DNA from: Kiritimatiellia bacterium
GTDB taxonomy: Bacteria > Verrucomicrobiota > Kiritimatiellia > RFP12 > UBA1067
Length of the DNA: 64,000 nucleotides
Assembly (NCBI GenBank): GCA_045617985.1
Contig: JAZLJP010000145.1
Location: 1,075-65,074 of the forward strand
Direction: 5' to 3'
The position numbers and the translations under genes are program-made. Below, in pieces: positions 46,901-54,547 of this stretch. Positions within the stretch are counted from its first letter, which is position 1. Each line of letters begins with the position of its first letter. The notes beneath the pieces are model-generated. The model made no database searches. It saw only the letters and a program-made list of their open reading frames with translations, and was not told the origin of the DNA.

Positions 46901-48052
46901 AACGTCGCCTACACGAATACGCTCGCGGTGACGGTGGCGGAAGGCTCCACGACGAACGGCGTCGATTGGCTTAAATCCGGCGGCGCGGTCACGCTCGCGA
47001 TGAACGTGCCGGATGCGAATGGGAAGGGTGTTCAGCCGAACATCGCCTACGCGGGCAACATCTACCGTCAGAACGCGAAGATCCAGGACTACCTCGCGGC
47101 GGTGACGAATTTTACGGGCTACTACACGGTGGCGCTCGCAAATCCCTCTCATGTGGGCGAGGGCGTGCCGGCGGGCAACGGCTATCTCACGCTCACGATC
47201 GACAACAAGGGCAAGGTGAAGGTGGCAGGCATGCTTGCCGATGGCACCACGAAGCCCTCGCTTTCCGTTCCGGCGGCGGCACTCGTGCAGGATGCCGCTT
47301 CGGCGAATGGCTACTCGCTTGTTCTGCCGCTCTATTTCGCGAAGGCCCCCACCTGTTTCGGCGGGCTCTTGAAGTTGTCGGCTGCGTCGGCGGCGAATCT
47401 GCCGAACGGTGCGGCCTACGAGGTGGTGGCCGATGCGCGTGAGACGCTCGTGTGGAACAACGACAAGGCCGCGCTCACGTATGCGGGCGACGCGGGCTGG
47501 TCGCTCGCGCTCTCTCCGTGCGGCGGCTGGTACGATACGGTGTTCAATCTCCAAACCTACTATCTGGGTACGACGCTTTCGGTGAATACGGCCGGTATCC
47601 TGTCGTTCCCCGCCGAGGTGCTTCCCGCCGGTTTCGGATTTTCGACGGCGGCCGAGCCGAACGGGTTCGCGCTCGATCTCCAGGGCGACAAGATCGCCTA
47701 CGCGAAGAAGGTGCAGGTGAAGAATGGCGCGCTTGTCGATCTTGAGAAGAGCGAGAACATCTGCAACGTGGCGGTGAAATTCGCCCGTGCAACGGGCCTT
47801 TACTCCGGCACATGCGGCTTCTGGTGCGAGAACGAAACGGGAACGGCGCAAAAGCAGCTTTCGGGCGTGAAGTTCTTCGGCGTTCTCGTCCTCGCGCGCG
47901 ATGTGGCCTCGCCGCTTGCGGCGAGCGAGGCGGGGGCGGGCTTCATGACGCTTCCCGTAAAACTTTCCGAAACCGATGAAGCGACGGGCCGCACCATGAC
48001 GCGCGCCTGGACCTTCTCCGCGCCGTTCAACCTTCACGGCGAAGAGGATTGA
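43934..48052 (+). CDS. 1372-aa exoprotein, tandem paralogue B of 39785..43918
   Basis: Collinear with paralogue A over its whole length, for example ANCEEHA...YFFKAKLERGKAYTVWT and VNRTAKDGVVRVKFATVDGTARAGVDYVGQSGILEWPNGDNKAKTITVKI. Only a 15-nt gap from paralogue A. Confidence 0.85.
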   Translation: MKKIVSLAVGILVWGFAASAAPANCEEHADTVKMSASGAVRTVTLVPAYDPDDESYDANQGVYFFKAKLERGKAYTVWTEGVGTNDNLTVMAYAADPSDESDADGPSADFEEVEEPGLDQRLILYADDWYIDDENPEESDPKEWTYYFEVNGEVGDRLTVNFVLGVNIPQGREDNPLVLTPTTTGSTVKRSLQTNNEYYMRARLQAGRMYWFATAGGTTNNVLEISVDGEDPADETKDPPTCSVIDDPAYEEDGANAGIYVVPDETGYFTIVVNGDDPNTDEDAASGAPFSFSSRLFAAETVANHTAQDLEVDAPPAAFTAGWENTPEHFANGIYDNVIDEALFRFPVAKGERYTVETTGAATNLLLRLYDAKGNVLVENAGDGTSLNVRAGVTAAADGFYFVGVCQNLEDLINDEPAHTAARVQVRRVVAMKGTPDAWDAADDTPSGATPLAPVPSAEGIPPRESDTAGHGWHQLGRTDWADVFQIAGRKGLVYTLGVSMENPEAAFNSLQAEVFTLSGTSERAVTVVGDVNAGAAMPLSFAATANATYYVRLKVAEGEGLDFPPYKLHASASSPEGAALGILTVNTHGTTAGTFSLGSETVKYPGGSSVLASGTTTVKFGAVAGFSTPAPQTVTVAAGATPTVVDVYYSDTFDPKDDAPATATAWTLKNVETTFARTLWPTDEADNFSFAGTDGYYYDLALRDVTGDAVFSITNAELGVMAENVTSVRELVLPKTKAKYILTVKHATAEKTGGAYTLAGFFANVGAIKFAKAAVSAKENAVSVALAVNRTAKDGVVRVKFATVDGTARAGVDYVGQSGILEWPNGDNKAKTITVKILPDLVAEYDGNKTFTVKLEPLPAAERGANEYEAAFLGGDTCTVTLTEVSRAGTTVATTYAAKAPKLATVTTEKVPLSSGTFYGVIRAAEGALTNGLPALASVTFTASTAKPAALSAKVALAGKTYSFSAKGWDEENGATCTKTFSLVQKVNNVAYTNTLAVTVAEGSTTNGVDWLKSGGAVTLAMNVPDANGKGVQPNIAYAGNIYRQNAKIQDYLAAVTNFTGYYTVALANPSHVGEGVPAGNGYLTLTIDNKGKVKVAGMLADGTTKPSLSVPAAALVQDAASANGYSLVLPLYFAKAPTCFGGLLKLSAASAANLPNGAAYEVVADARETLVWNNDKAALTYAGDAGWSLALSPCGGWYDTVFNLQTYYLGTTLSVNTAGILSFPAEVLPAGFGFSTAAEPNGFALDLQGDKIAYAKKVQVKNGALVDLEKSENICNVAVKFARATGLYSGTCGFWCENETGTAQKQLSGVKFFGVLVLARDVASPLAASEAGAGFMTLPVKLSETDEATGRTMTRAWTFSAPFNLHGEED

Positions 48053-48062
48053 GGATTAAGCG

Positions 48063-48251
48063 ATGATGATGAAAGAGGCGTTCTCCTTCCGTGACGGATG
48101 GAACTGGTGGGTGCTTGCGGCAATCGTTCTCGGGGCGATCGTCTTGGGCGCGTTGAACAACCTGCGCGTCTATGAAGAGCAGCGCGTGCCGTGGTTTGGC
48201 GCGGTTGCGCCGGCGGGCAGCGCGGCGGGCGAGAAGGGAGTGCAGGAATGA
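48063..48251 (+). CDS. 62-aa single-TM protein, possibly the membrane-anchor remnant of a rhodanese-like partner of MauE proteins
   Basis: WNWWVLAAIVLGAIVLGALNNLR TM helix. ATGA overlap with the next gene at 48248-48251. Confidence 0.5.
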   Translation: MMMKEAFSFRDGWNWWVLAAIVLGAIVLGALNNLRVYEEQRVPWFGAVAPAGSAAGEKGVQE

Positions 48252-49612
48252 CGGAGAGGGCGAAGCTCGTTTTTGCGGTGGTGGATGACGTCTTCCGTCT
48301 CGTTCTCGGCGGCATCTTCATCTATGCGGGTTGGGAGAAGATTCAGGATCCGGCCTTCTTCGCGACGCAGGTGGCGGCGTATCGGATGCTGCCCGATTTC
48401 TGCGTAGGTCTCTTCGCGCTCATCCTCCCGATGGTGGAAACGCTTGCGGGGCTTGCGCTCGTCGCCACGCGTTGGCCGCGCGAGGCGGCGCTTCTCATTC
48501 TCGGCCTCCTCGGAATGTTCTTCGTGGGGCTTACGCAGGGGATTATCCGCGACCTCAAGATTTCGTGCGGCTGTTTTGGCGATGGCGGGGCTGACGAGGG
48601 AAGTCTCGGTGCGGCGCTCCGGCGCGACCTCGTTCTCCTCGTGCCGGCCGTATGGCTCTCGCTGCGGCCGAATCGGTGGCTCTTTCGGGGCGTACCGTTC
48701 CTTTTGGGTGTGCTCGTCGTGCTTGTTCTCGCCGTCTTCGGCTGGATTTTCACGGTGGGGGTGAACTCTCCGCGGGGCAAGTTGCGGGGCAAGTTCGAAC
48801 GCGCGGCCGCCAAGGATGTTCAGGCGGTGATGACGACGGCGAAGGGGGACGTTTCCCCTGAGCAATGGACGACGAATTTCCCGAGCGCCCTCGCCTCGGC
48901 GCGGGAACACCATCAGCCGCTCATCATGGTGATGGGGGAAAAGAACTGCCATTACTGCCAGCGGCTCGACAGCGTTTTGAAGGGGCCGGCGTTCAAGCGG
49001 TGGCTCAAGGGTACGGGAATCTTCCTTGCCGAGGCGCACCTCAGCGAAACGAATGCCGGCGTTGAGGTGAAACAGATGCAGCTCGACTTCATGCGCGCCA
49101 TCCCTCACACGACCAAGCTCGTCTATCCGATGATGGCCGTCTACTGGCCGCAGGCGAATTCGAATGACAACGTCGAGGCCGTTTTTACGGGGCGGCGCGG
49201 ATTGATGCCCGGGAAGCGTCACGAATCGCTCACGGGGGAACTCGTGAACGTGCTTGATCGGCTATTGAAGGACTATTTGAAGAGCCGGGGGGCGCGCCCC
49301 ACCTTCGAAGAACTGCTCGGTACCGGTACGCGCTTCGTCAAGATTCAGGCTTCGCCGGATGCGAAGGCGTGGATGGAGCCCGCGTCGGGCCTCTTGGAAC
49401 CCGGCGCGAAAGTGACGTTGCGCGTGAAGCCGAAGCGCACGGGCATGCGTTTGACGTGGTATTATCCGGATGGGAAGCCCGTCCCGCATCAGCACGCGAC
49501 GCGTCTCGAGGTGAACGACGACATGCCGGCGGGTACCTACTCGTTCAAATTTAAGGAATGGAAAGCGATTAAACCCACGGCGGCGGGTACGCTCTCCGCC
49601 GGAGGCCGGTGA
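48248..49612 (+). CDS. MauE/DoxX-family membrane domain fused to a thioredoxin-fold CxxC domain and an Ig-like C-terminal domain
   Basis: LGGIFIYAGWEKIQDP...LKISCGCFGDGG is the MauE hallmark. After an extra TM comes HHQPLIMVMGEKNCHYCQRLDSVL...GIFLAEAHL (Thioredoxin_7-like). The C-terminal beta-rich region is KVTLRVKPKRTGMRLTWYYPDG. Confidence 0.8.
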   Translation: MTERAKLVFAVVDDVFRLVLGGIFIYAGWEKIQDPAFFATQVAAYRMLPDFCVGLFALILPMVETLAGLALVATRWPREAALLILGLLGMFFVGLTQGIIRDLKISCGCFGDGGADEGSLGAALRRDLVLLVPAVWLSLRPNRWLFRGVPFLLGVLVVLVLAVFGWIFTVGVNSPRGKLRGKFERAAAKDVQAVMTTAKGDVSPEQWTTNFPSALASAREHHQPLIMVMGEKNCHYCQRLDSVLKGPAFKRWLKGTGIFLAEAHLSETNAGVEVKQMQLDFMRAIPHTTKLVYPMMAVYWPQANSNDNVEAVFTGRRGLMPGKRHESLTGELVNVLDRLLKDYLKSRGARPTFEELLGTGTRFVKIQASPDAKAWMEPASGLLEPGAKVTLRVKPKRTGMRLTWYYPDGKPVPHQHATRLEVNDDMPAGTYSFKFKEWKAIKPTAAGTLSAGGR

Positions 49613-49651
49613 AAAAGACAAGTGGTTTCAAGGGCACAAGGAGGCGCGCGC

Positions 49652-52600
49652 ATGCAGATGAAGGGATTGATTGTTGCCGTGGCGATGGGGGTCGTCGCGC
49701 TCGTTGGCCGAGGGGACGTTCTGCGCGAGCGGTTCGTATCGGCGGCGGCGTGTCCGGCGGCGCGGCTTGTCTCGGGTGCGCGCATCGTGTTGCCCACGTT
49801 CGAAGCGCGGGCGTGCGTGCTGCAGCTTGGGGCGCGGCGGGCCTCCGCAACGGGGCACGCCACGTTCTCGGCGACCGTGGAAGGCGCGGGCGCGGTGAAG
49901 AGCGCCGTCGTGGTGGCGACGGCGGAAGGTTTCACGGCATGCGTGCAGGATTTCTCAACGGGCAATGTCTTTTCGTTTGTTCGTAATCGGGAGGGGCTGC
50001 GCGTGCGGGAACTCGCCGCGCCGCGTGTGCCGCATCGGTGTGTGAAAAAGGCGTTGACGGCGCGTCTGGCGGGTGCGGCCCAGCTGAAGCGGAAGGCGGC
50101 GTATGCGACGGCGCCGGAAAGTTGGTTCACGCGGCCGAAGGCCGCGTGGCTCGCGCGCGGAGAGACGGAAACGAATGTCGTCGATATTCTCGTGGCGTTC
50201 GACGAGTCGGGCGCCCGTTGGGTGCGGAACGAATCGGCGGAAGGCGACCTTGAGGTGTTTGCCGCATCGAACGTGGAGAAGATGAATGCCGCCCTTGCGA
50301 ATACGGGGCTCGACGCCTTCTTCCGGTTCCGGCTGGTGGGCACGGTGGAAGTGGCGGTGGATGTACAGGCGGGTTCGTTCATGTCCACCTACGATGGCGA
50401 AACGATGATCGACTACGATCTCATCCTCAACCAGATGACGGAGAGTGCCGGCGCGCCCTGGAAGGCGCTTCGTGCGGCGCGCGAGGCGACGGCGGCCGAT
50501 GTCGTTTCGTTCCTCGTGGATAATGGCGCGCTCTCGAACGTGGGCATGATCGGCCTTGGCTTTGCGCTTGATCCTGACATGCTTGAAGTGCCGGACCTCT
50601 TCTGCGACTACACCTACAACGTCTGCTCGATTCGCGATGTGGCCGTGAGCCACACGATGACGCATGAAGTGGGGCATAACCTCGGCGCCGGCCATGCCGA
50701 CCGGAGGCAGGTGAATCCGCTTTACATCGATGTGGGCCCGCAGCTGTTCAATTGCTCGTCGGCCTACTACTTCACGGCCGATATCGGGTGGGGACCTCGG
50801 CGCTTCTTTACGATCATGGGCTATAATTGGGACGGCTATGACGACGACGAGGCGATCGAAGCGCCCTATTTCTCATCGCCGCGCCACACGTTCGCCTGGA
50901 CGGAGGAGCGGGGCGGCGCGCTCGTTACGAACGAGACGGGTGTCGCGGTGGGAACGGAATACCGCGACAACACCTGGACGCTCGAGCAGACGTTTGCCAT
51001 CGCGGCGAATTATCGCGTTCACAAACAGCAGCTGGCGCTCGACGTCCCTTCTGGCGGCGGCACGGTGACGGGCGGCGGCGCGTATGCCGCCGGCACGCGC
51101 GTGAAGCTCACGGCCAAACCGCTCGCGGGCTATGTGTTCGCCGGTTGGTATGGCGCGTGGGATGAAGAAACGGGCGCCTATTCCGCGCCGCTCGCAGGCG
51201 AGGCGGACTACCGTGCGACGCCGTTCACCTACGTCGTGGGCGGAGAGAACGCCGTCCTCTACGCGCGCTTCGTGACGAAAGACGAAGCGGCGGTGGCGCC
51301 GATGGCGGTGGCGTGCGTGCCGCCCGCCGAAGGGTATGTGGCGGGGCAGGCGATGGCGGCCTTGGCGCTTGCGGTCGATGCGCTTGCGCTCCCCGCGGTT
51401 GCGGTGAAGAACCTGCCGGCGGGTCTCAAGTTCGATGCAAAAACAGGTTCGATCGTGGGAACGCCCACGCAACCGGGCCTCTACGAGGTCGCGGTCACGG
51501 CAAAGAGCGCGGGCCAGGTGTTCACGAGCGCCGTACAGCTGAAGGTGCAGAATTTCGTCGATCCGCTCCTCACGAAAAGCGCGGCGCTGCCGGATGGCCT
51601 TGTCGATTCGTACGGCCCGTATGTGCCGGGCGTAGCGGTCGATTTCACTATGCCGCGCACGGAAGGCTGGGCGGCGAGCGGTTTCCCGGCCGGGCTCAAG
51701 TTCGATTCGAAAACGGGGCGCATCTTCGGTATCCCCACGAAGCCGGGCACGAACACGGTCGCGTTCAAGAAGACGGTGAAGGACGCGGCGACGGGGAAGA
51801 ACGTGCCGCACACGGCCTCGGCGACGTTTGTGGTGGCCGATTTCCCCGAGATGCCGATTGCCGTCACGTGGGAAACGCAGCCCGGCGCGCCGGCGGCGGT
51901 GGAAAATGCCGCGTCGATCAAGCTGACGGCAGGCGTGGCGCAACGCTTTACGCTCGTAATCGAGGGCCTTGACGGCACGCCCACCACGCTTGCGGCGAAG
52001 AACTTGCCGGCGGGGCTTAAGCTTGTGAAGACGCCGCTCAAGAACGAGAAGAATGCGGTGACCAACTACGCCTACACGATCGAGGGCGTACCCACGGCGG
52101 CATCGAAGGTGAAGAACGGTGCGGTGGTGCCCTCCGCCGTGCAGCTCTCGGCATCGAACAAGTACAAGTGGGCGGGGAAATTCGCCTTCGCAATCGAGGT
52201 GGTGGCACTCCCCGCGTGGGCGCAGGGCTCGTTCGAAGGTTTCGCGGCCGAGATTGCGGCGGCGGGCGCGGCGACGAACGGCGTGGGCGCGGCGAGCCTC
52301 ACCGTAACGGCGGCGGGGAAGATTTCGGGGAAGTACATGTTGTACGGTACGAATTGGACGATCACGGCAACGGGCTACACGGCCCTTGAGGATGCGGCCG
52401 AGGAGACGCAGCGCCGGTTCCGCCTCGCGGCCGTCGCGAAGAGCGGAAAGCTGACGCGCGACGTGGCGTTTGTCGTTGCGCCCGGGTGGGTGACGGACGA
52501 GAAGGATTTCCTCCTTTCGGCATCGGCGACGGGCGAAGGGGAGGGCGTGAGCCTTGCCCTGCGGCGGAATTGCTGGAAGGATAAGCTCTTTACGGCGGCG

Positions 52601-52816
52601 TTTCCGTCCACGGCCCAGGCGGTGAAGGGCCTTGCGAGCGTAAAAGTGAAAGTGGCGGCCTCGGGGAAGGCCACCTGGAGCGGCAAACTCGACGACGGCA
52701 CCAAGGTGAGCGCCTCGATGAGCCTCTTTCTGGATCCTGATGGAATTTTCCGCGCCTGGCTAATCGTGCCCGCTGGGAAGAATTTTGAGGGGTTTATAGC
52801 AAAAGAGTCGTTCTAA
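49652..52816 (+). CDS. 1054-aa reprolysin-like metzincin with an InlB-B-like repeat, He_PIG-type Ig repeats and the shared C-terminal module
   Basis: RBS aaggagg is 7 nt before ATG 49652. Signal-like MQMKGLIVAVAMGVVALVG. Zn motif TMTHEVGHNLGAGHADR (HExxHxxGxxH). GGGTVTGGGAYAAGTRVKLTAKPLAGYVFAGWYG. LPAGLKFD(A/S)KTG.I.G.PT.PG appears twice, with a third related copy, LPAGLKLVKTP. Confidence 0.85.
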   Translation: MQMKGLIVAVAMGVVALVGRGDVLRERFVSAAACPAARLVSGARIVLPTFEARACVLQLGARRASATGHATFSATVEGAGAVKSAVVVATAEGFTACVQDFSTGNVFSFVRNREGLRVRELAAPRVPHRCVKKALTARLAGAAQLKRKAAYATAPESWFTRPKAAWLARGETETNVVDILVAFDESGARWVRNESAEGDLEVFAASNVEKMNAALANTGLDAFFRFRLVGTVEVAVDVQAGSFMSTYDGETMIDYDLILNQMTESAGAPWKALRAAREATAADVVSFLVDNGALSNVGMIGLGFALDPDMLEVPDLFCDYTYNVCSIRDVAVSHTMTHEVGHNLGAGHADRRQVNPLYIDVGPQLFNCSSAYYFTADIGWGPRRFFTIMGYNWDGYDDDEAIEAPYFSSPRHTFAWTEERGGALVTNETGVAVGTEYRDNTWTLEQTFAIAANYRVHKQQLALDVPSGGGTVTGGGAYAAGTRVKLTAKPLAGYVFAGWYGAWDEETGAYSAPLAGEADYRATPFTYVVGGENAVLYARFVTKDEAAVAPMAVACVPPAEGYVAGQAMAALALAVDALALPAVAVKNLPAGLKFDAKTGSIVGTPTQPGLYEVAVTAKSAGQVFTSAVQLKVQNFVDPLLTKSAALPDGLVDSYGPYVPGVAVDFTMPRTEGWAASGFPAGLKFDSKTGRIFGIPTKPGTNTVAFKKTVKDAATGKNVPHTASATFVVADFPEMPIAVTWETQPGAPAAVENAASIKLTAGVAQRFTLVIEGLDGTPTTLAAKNLPAGLKLVKTPLKNEKNAVTNYAYTIEGVPTAASKVKNGAVVPSAVQLSASNKYKWAGKFAFAIEVVALPAWAQGSFEGFAAEIAAAGAATNGVGAASLTVTAAGKISGKYMLYGTNWTITATGYTALEDAAEETQRRFRLAAVAKSGKLTRDVAFVVAPGWVTDEKDFLLSASATGEGEGVSLALRRNCWKDKLFTAAFPSTAQAVKGLASVKVKVAASGKATWSGKLDDGTKVSASMSLFLDPDGIFRAWLIVPAGKNFEGFIAKESF

Positions 52817-52880
52817 TTTGAATTAGAGTGTGTTTCAGGGGGCTTCGCTGACGCATTGCGGCAAGGTCTTTATACTTTTT

Positions 52881-52913
52881 TTGTCATTTTTAAATCCGGC
52901 TTGCATATATTCA
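52881..52913 (+). promoter_or_regulatory. Promoter candidate TTGTCA-N16-GCATATATTCA ending 4 nt before ATG 52917 (possible leaderless mRNA)
   Basis: ttgtca at 52881-52886 and gcatatattca at 52903-52913. There is no Shine-Dalgarno sequence between the -10 region and the ATG. Confidence 0.45.
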
Positions 52914-52916
52914 TAT

Positions 52917-53792
52917 ATGATGAAAAGGAGAATTTTATTTTCAATCGGCTTCGGCGCCCTTCTCTGCGGAGTGGCGGCGCTCGTCTATTTCACCGGTCCT
53001 TCCGTGGAAGACGTTGAAAAGCCGAACAAGCCGGCGAAGGTCACGCAGGGGGGGAAGAAACCGCCGAAGGTGAATCGCCGTCCGCCAACGCGTGAGCATG
53101 AGTTGCTGGTGAAGGTCGGTAACAAGAACGAGGAAAAGGCGTTCAGGGTTGAATTGCCGAAGGATGAAGAGGCGAACCTGACGGATGCGTACAAGAAGCT
53201 CCTTCAGGAATTGCGTGATGTCATCGATCCGCTTGATCGGAAGAAACTGCTCGCCTTGGTCCATCGCATGCAGAGTTCGGAGGAGTGGCCGGACGGGATC
53301 CCTTCGATTCTCCACGAAGCGGCGATCGAAGCGCTTTCCGAGCTCGGGGCGGATGGCGCGAGCGAGCTTGCTGGCTATCTCGAATCGGGCGATGCGGATG
53401 TACGCGAGGATGCGATGGACGCGATTATCGAATCGGTAGACGACGATGCGTTGAGCGATCGCGAAAAGAGCGAGATGATCAAGAGCTTCGCGCGCTGCAT
53501 CAATGACGCGGACGCGCTTGAATCGCTTTTCGATATCATCGATATGGATATGCGCAATTCCGTGCAGATCGATACGATGAAGGTCGTCCTGGTTACTGGA
53601 ACGAGCGCCGCAAAGCAGAAGATTCTTGAAGAGACGCTGCCGGAAGTGATCGATAGCGAAGATCCCATCAAGCTTGAAGATGCGAATCGGCTAATGGATG
53701 AATGGTTCGCGGAAAATCCTGACGGCGAAGACGATGAAACAGACTACGCCGGTACGCCGAAGGATGACGATGACGAAGACGATGATGATTAA
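52917..53792 (+). CDS. Membrane-anchored helical-repeat (HEAT-like) protein with a poly-acidic C-terminus
   Basis: MMKRRILFSIGFGALLCGVAALVYF anchor; helical repeats (AAIEALSELGADGASELAGYLESGDADVREDAMDAI); tail DDDDEDDDD. ATG 52917 is chosen inside ORF-track 52830..53792. Confidence 0.7.
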   Translation: MMKRRILFSIGFGALLCGVAALVYFTGPSVEDVEKPNKPAKVTQGGKKPPKVNRRPPTREHELLVKVGNKNEEKAFRVELPKDEEANLTDAYKKLLQELRDVIDPLDRKKLLALVHRMQSSEEWPDGIPSILHEAAIEALSELGADGASELAGYLESGDADVREDAMDAIIESVDDDALSDREKSEMIKSFARCINDADALESLFDIIDMDMRNSVQIDTMKVVLVTGTSAAKQKILEETLPEVIDSEDPIKLEDANRLMDEWFAENPDGEDDETDYAGTPKDDDDEDDDD

Positions 53793-54206
53793 GGGGGAAA
53801 TCCTTGGTATTGTCGCAGCGTTGGGGATGATGTTCCTGCGGCGGTAGGGTTCGCCGCACCGCGCACGTCGCAATGCCTGGTCGGTGACCATTCAAATGGA
53901 CTGCCCGGTTTTACCTGAACGCCAATTCATTCGTCTGGCTTTGCGGCGCGCTCGGTGAGAGCGCCCTACCATTTCGGGGGCCATCCCCGGCAACGCGGTA
54001 ATACCAAATCCGTTTTTTCTTGCGTGGAAACGGTAAGATGCAAAATTGTTATTTATCTTATTTCTACAGCATGTTTTGCGAGGTATTGGTAAAACGGTAG
54101 GAGCCTTCAGGTTAAGGCAGGGGTATGCGTTGGCATGTTAGCGGAAAAATAATGACGATTTTTTCAAAAAGTCTGTCATCGTCCTACGAAGGGTGCATAT
54201 CATAAG

Positions 54207-54308
54207 GTGTCTGCGGGAGTGAATCTCCCACAACCCAATTTCTAGAAAGTTTCTTTCCAACCTTGTGCAGAAGCCGAACCATCCTAGTGGTTCGGCTTCA
54301 TGGTTTTT
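54207..54308 (+). ncRNA. Candidate ~100-nt sRNA, copy A
   Basis: Promoter-like CTGTCA (54173-78)-N16-GCATATC (54195-201). Internal hairpin gggag/tgaat/ctccc. C/U-rich stretch gtttctttccaaccttgt. Perfect 12-bp terminator stem 54270-54299 followed by ttttt (54304-08). No frame is conserved between the two copies. Confidence 0.5.
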
Positions 54309-54478
54309 AGGGAACGCGTGTAACGCTAACGGATCTGACCCGAATGCCGCCAACTTTTTTTCGGTAAATGATCAACGGGTTATAACGTAACTGTTAAACT
54401 AACAGACTGTCCCTACTGACAAACTGACAAATTACCTGCCGAATATGATCGTATCTTTTTAATTTAATGTTTTTCAAA

Positions 54479-54547
54479 GGGACAGTCCCCACGTACTCCT
54501 TACAGGGACAGTCCCCACGAACTCCCTCAACGGGGACAGTCCTCATG
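54479..54547. repeat. Three direct copies, 26-28 bp apart, of the palindrome GGGACAGTCCC in an AT-rich spacer
   Basis: gggacagtccccacg at 54479 and 54505; gggacagtcctcatg at 54533. Degenerate relatives lie near 54406 (gactgtccc) and 54695 (cctgtcccca). Confidence 0.7.

Noticed and set aside
54479-54547. Possible mini-CRISPR made of GGGACAGTCCCCACG repeats
   Set aside because: There are only three copies. The inter-repeat segments are ~11-13 nt and related to each other, so this is a tandem repeat of ~27 bp. No cas genes are present.
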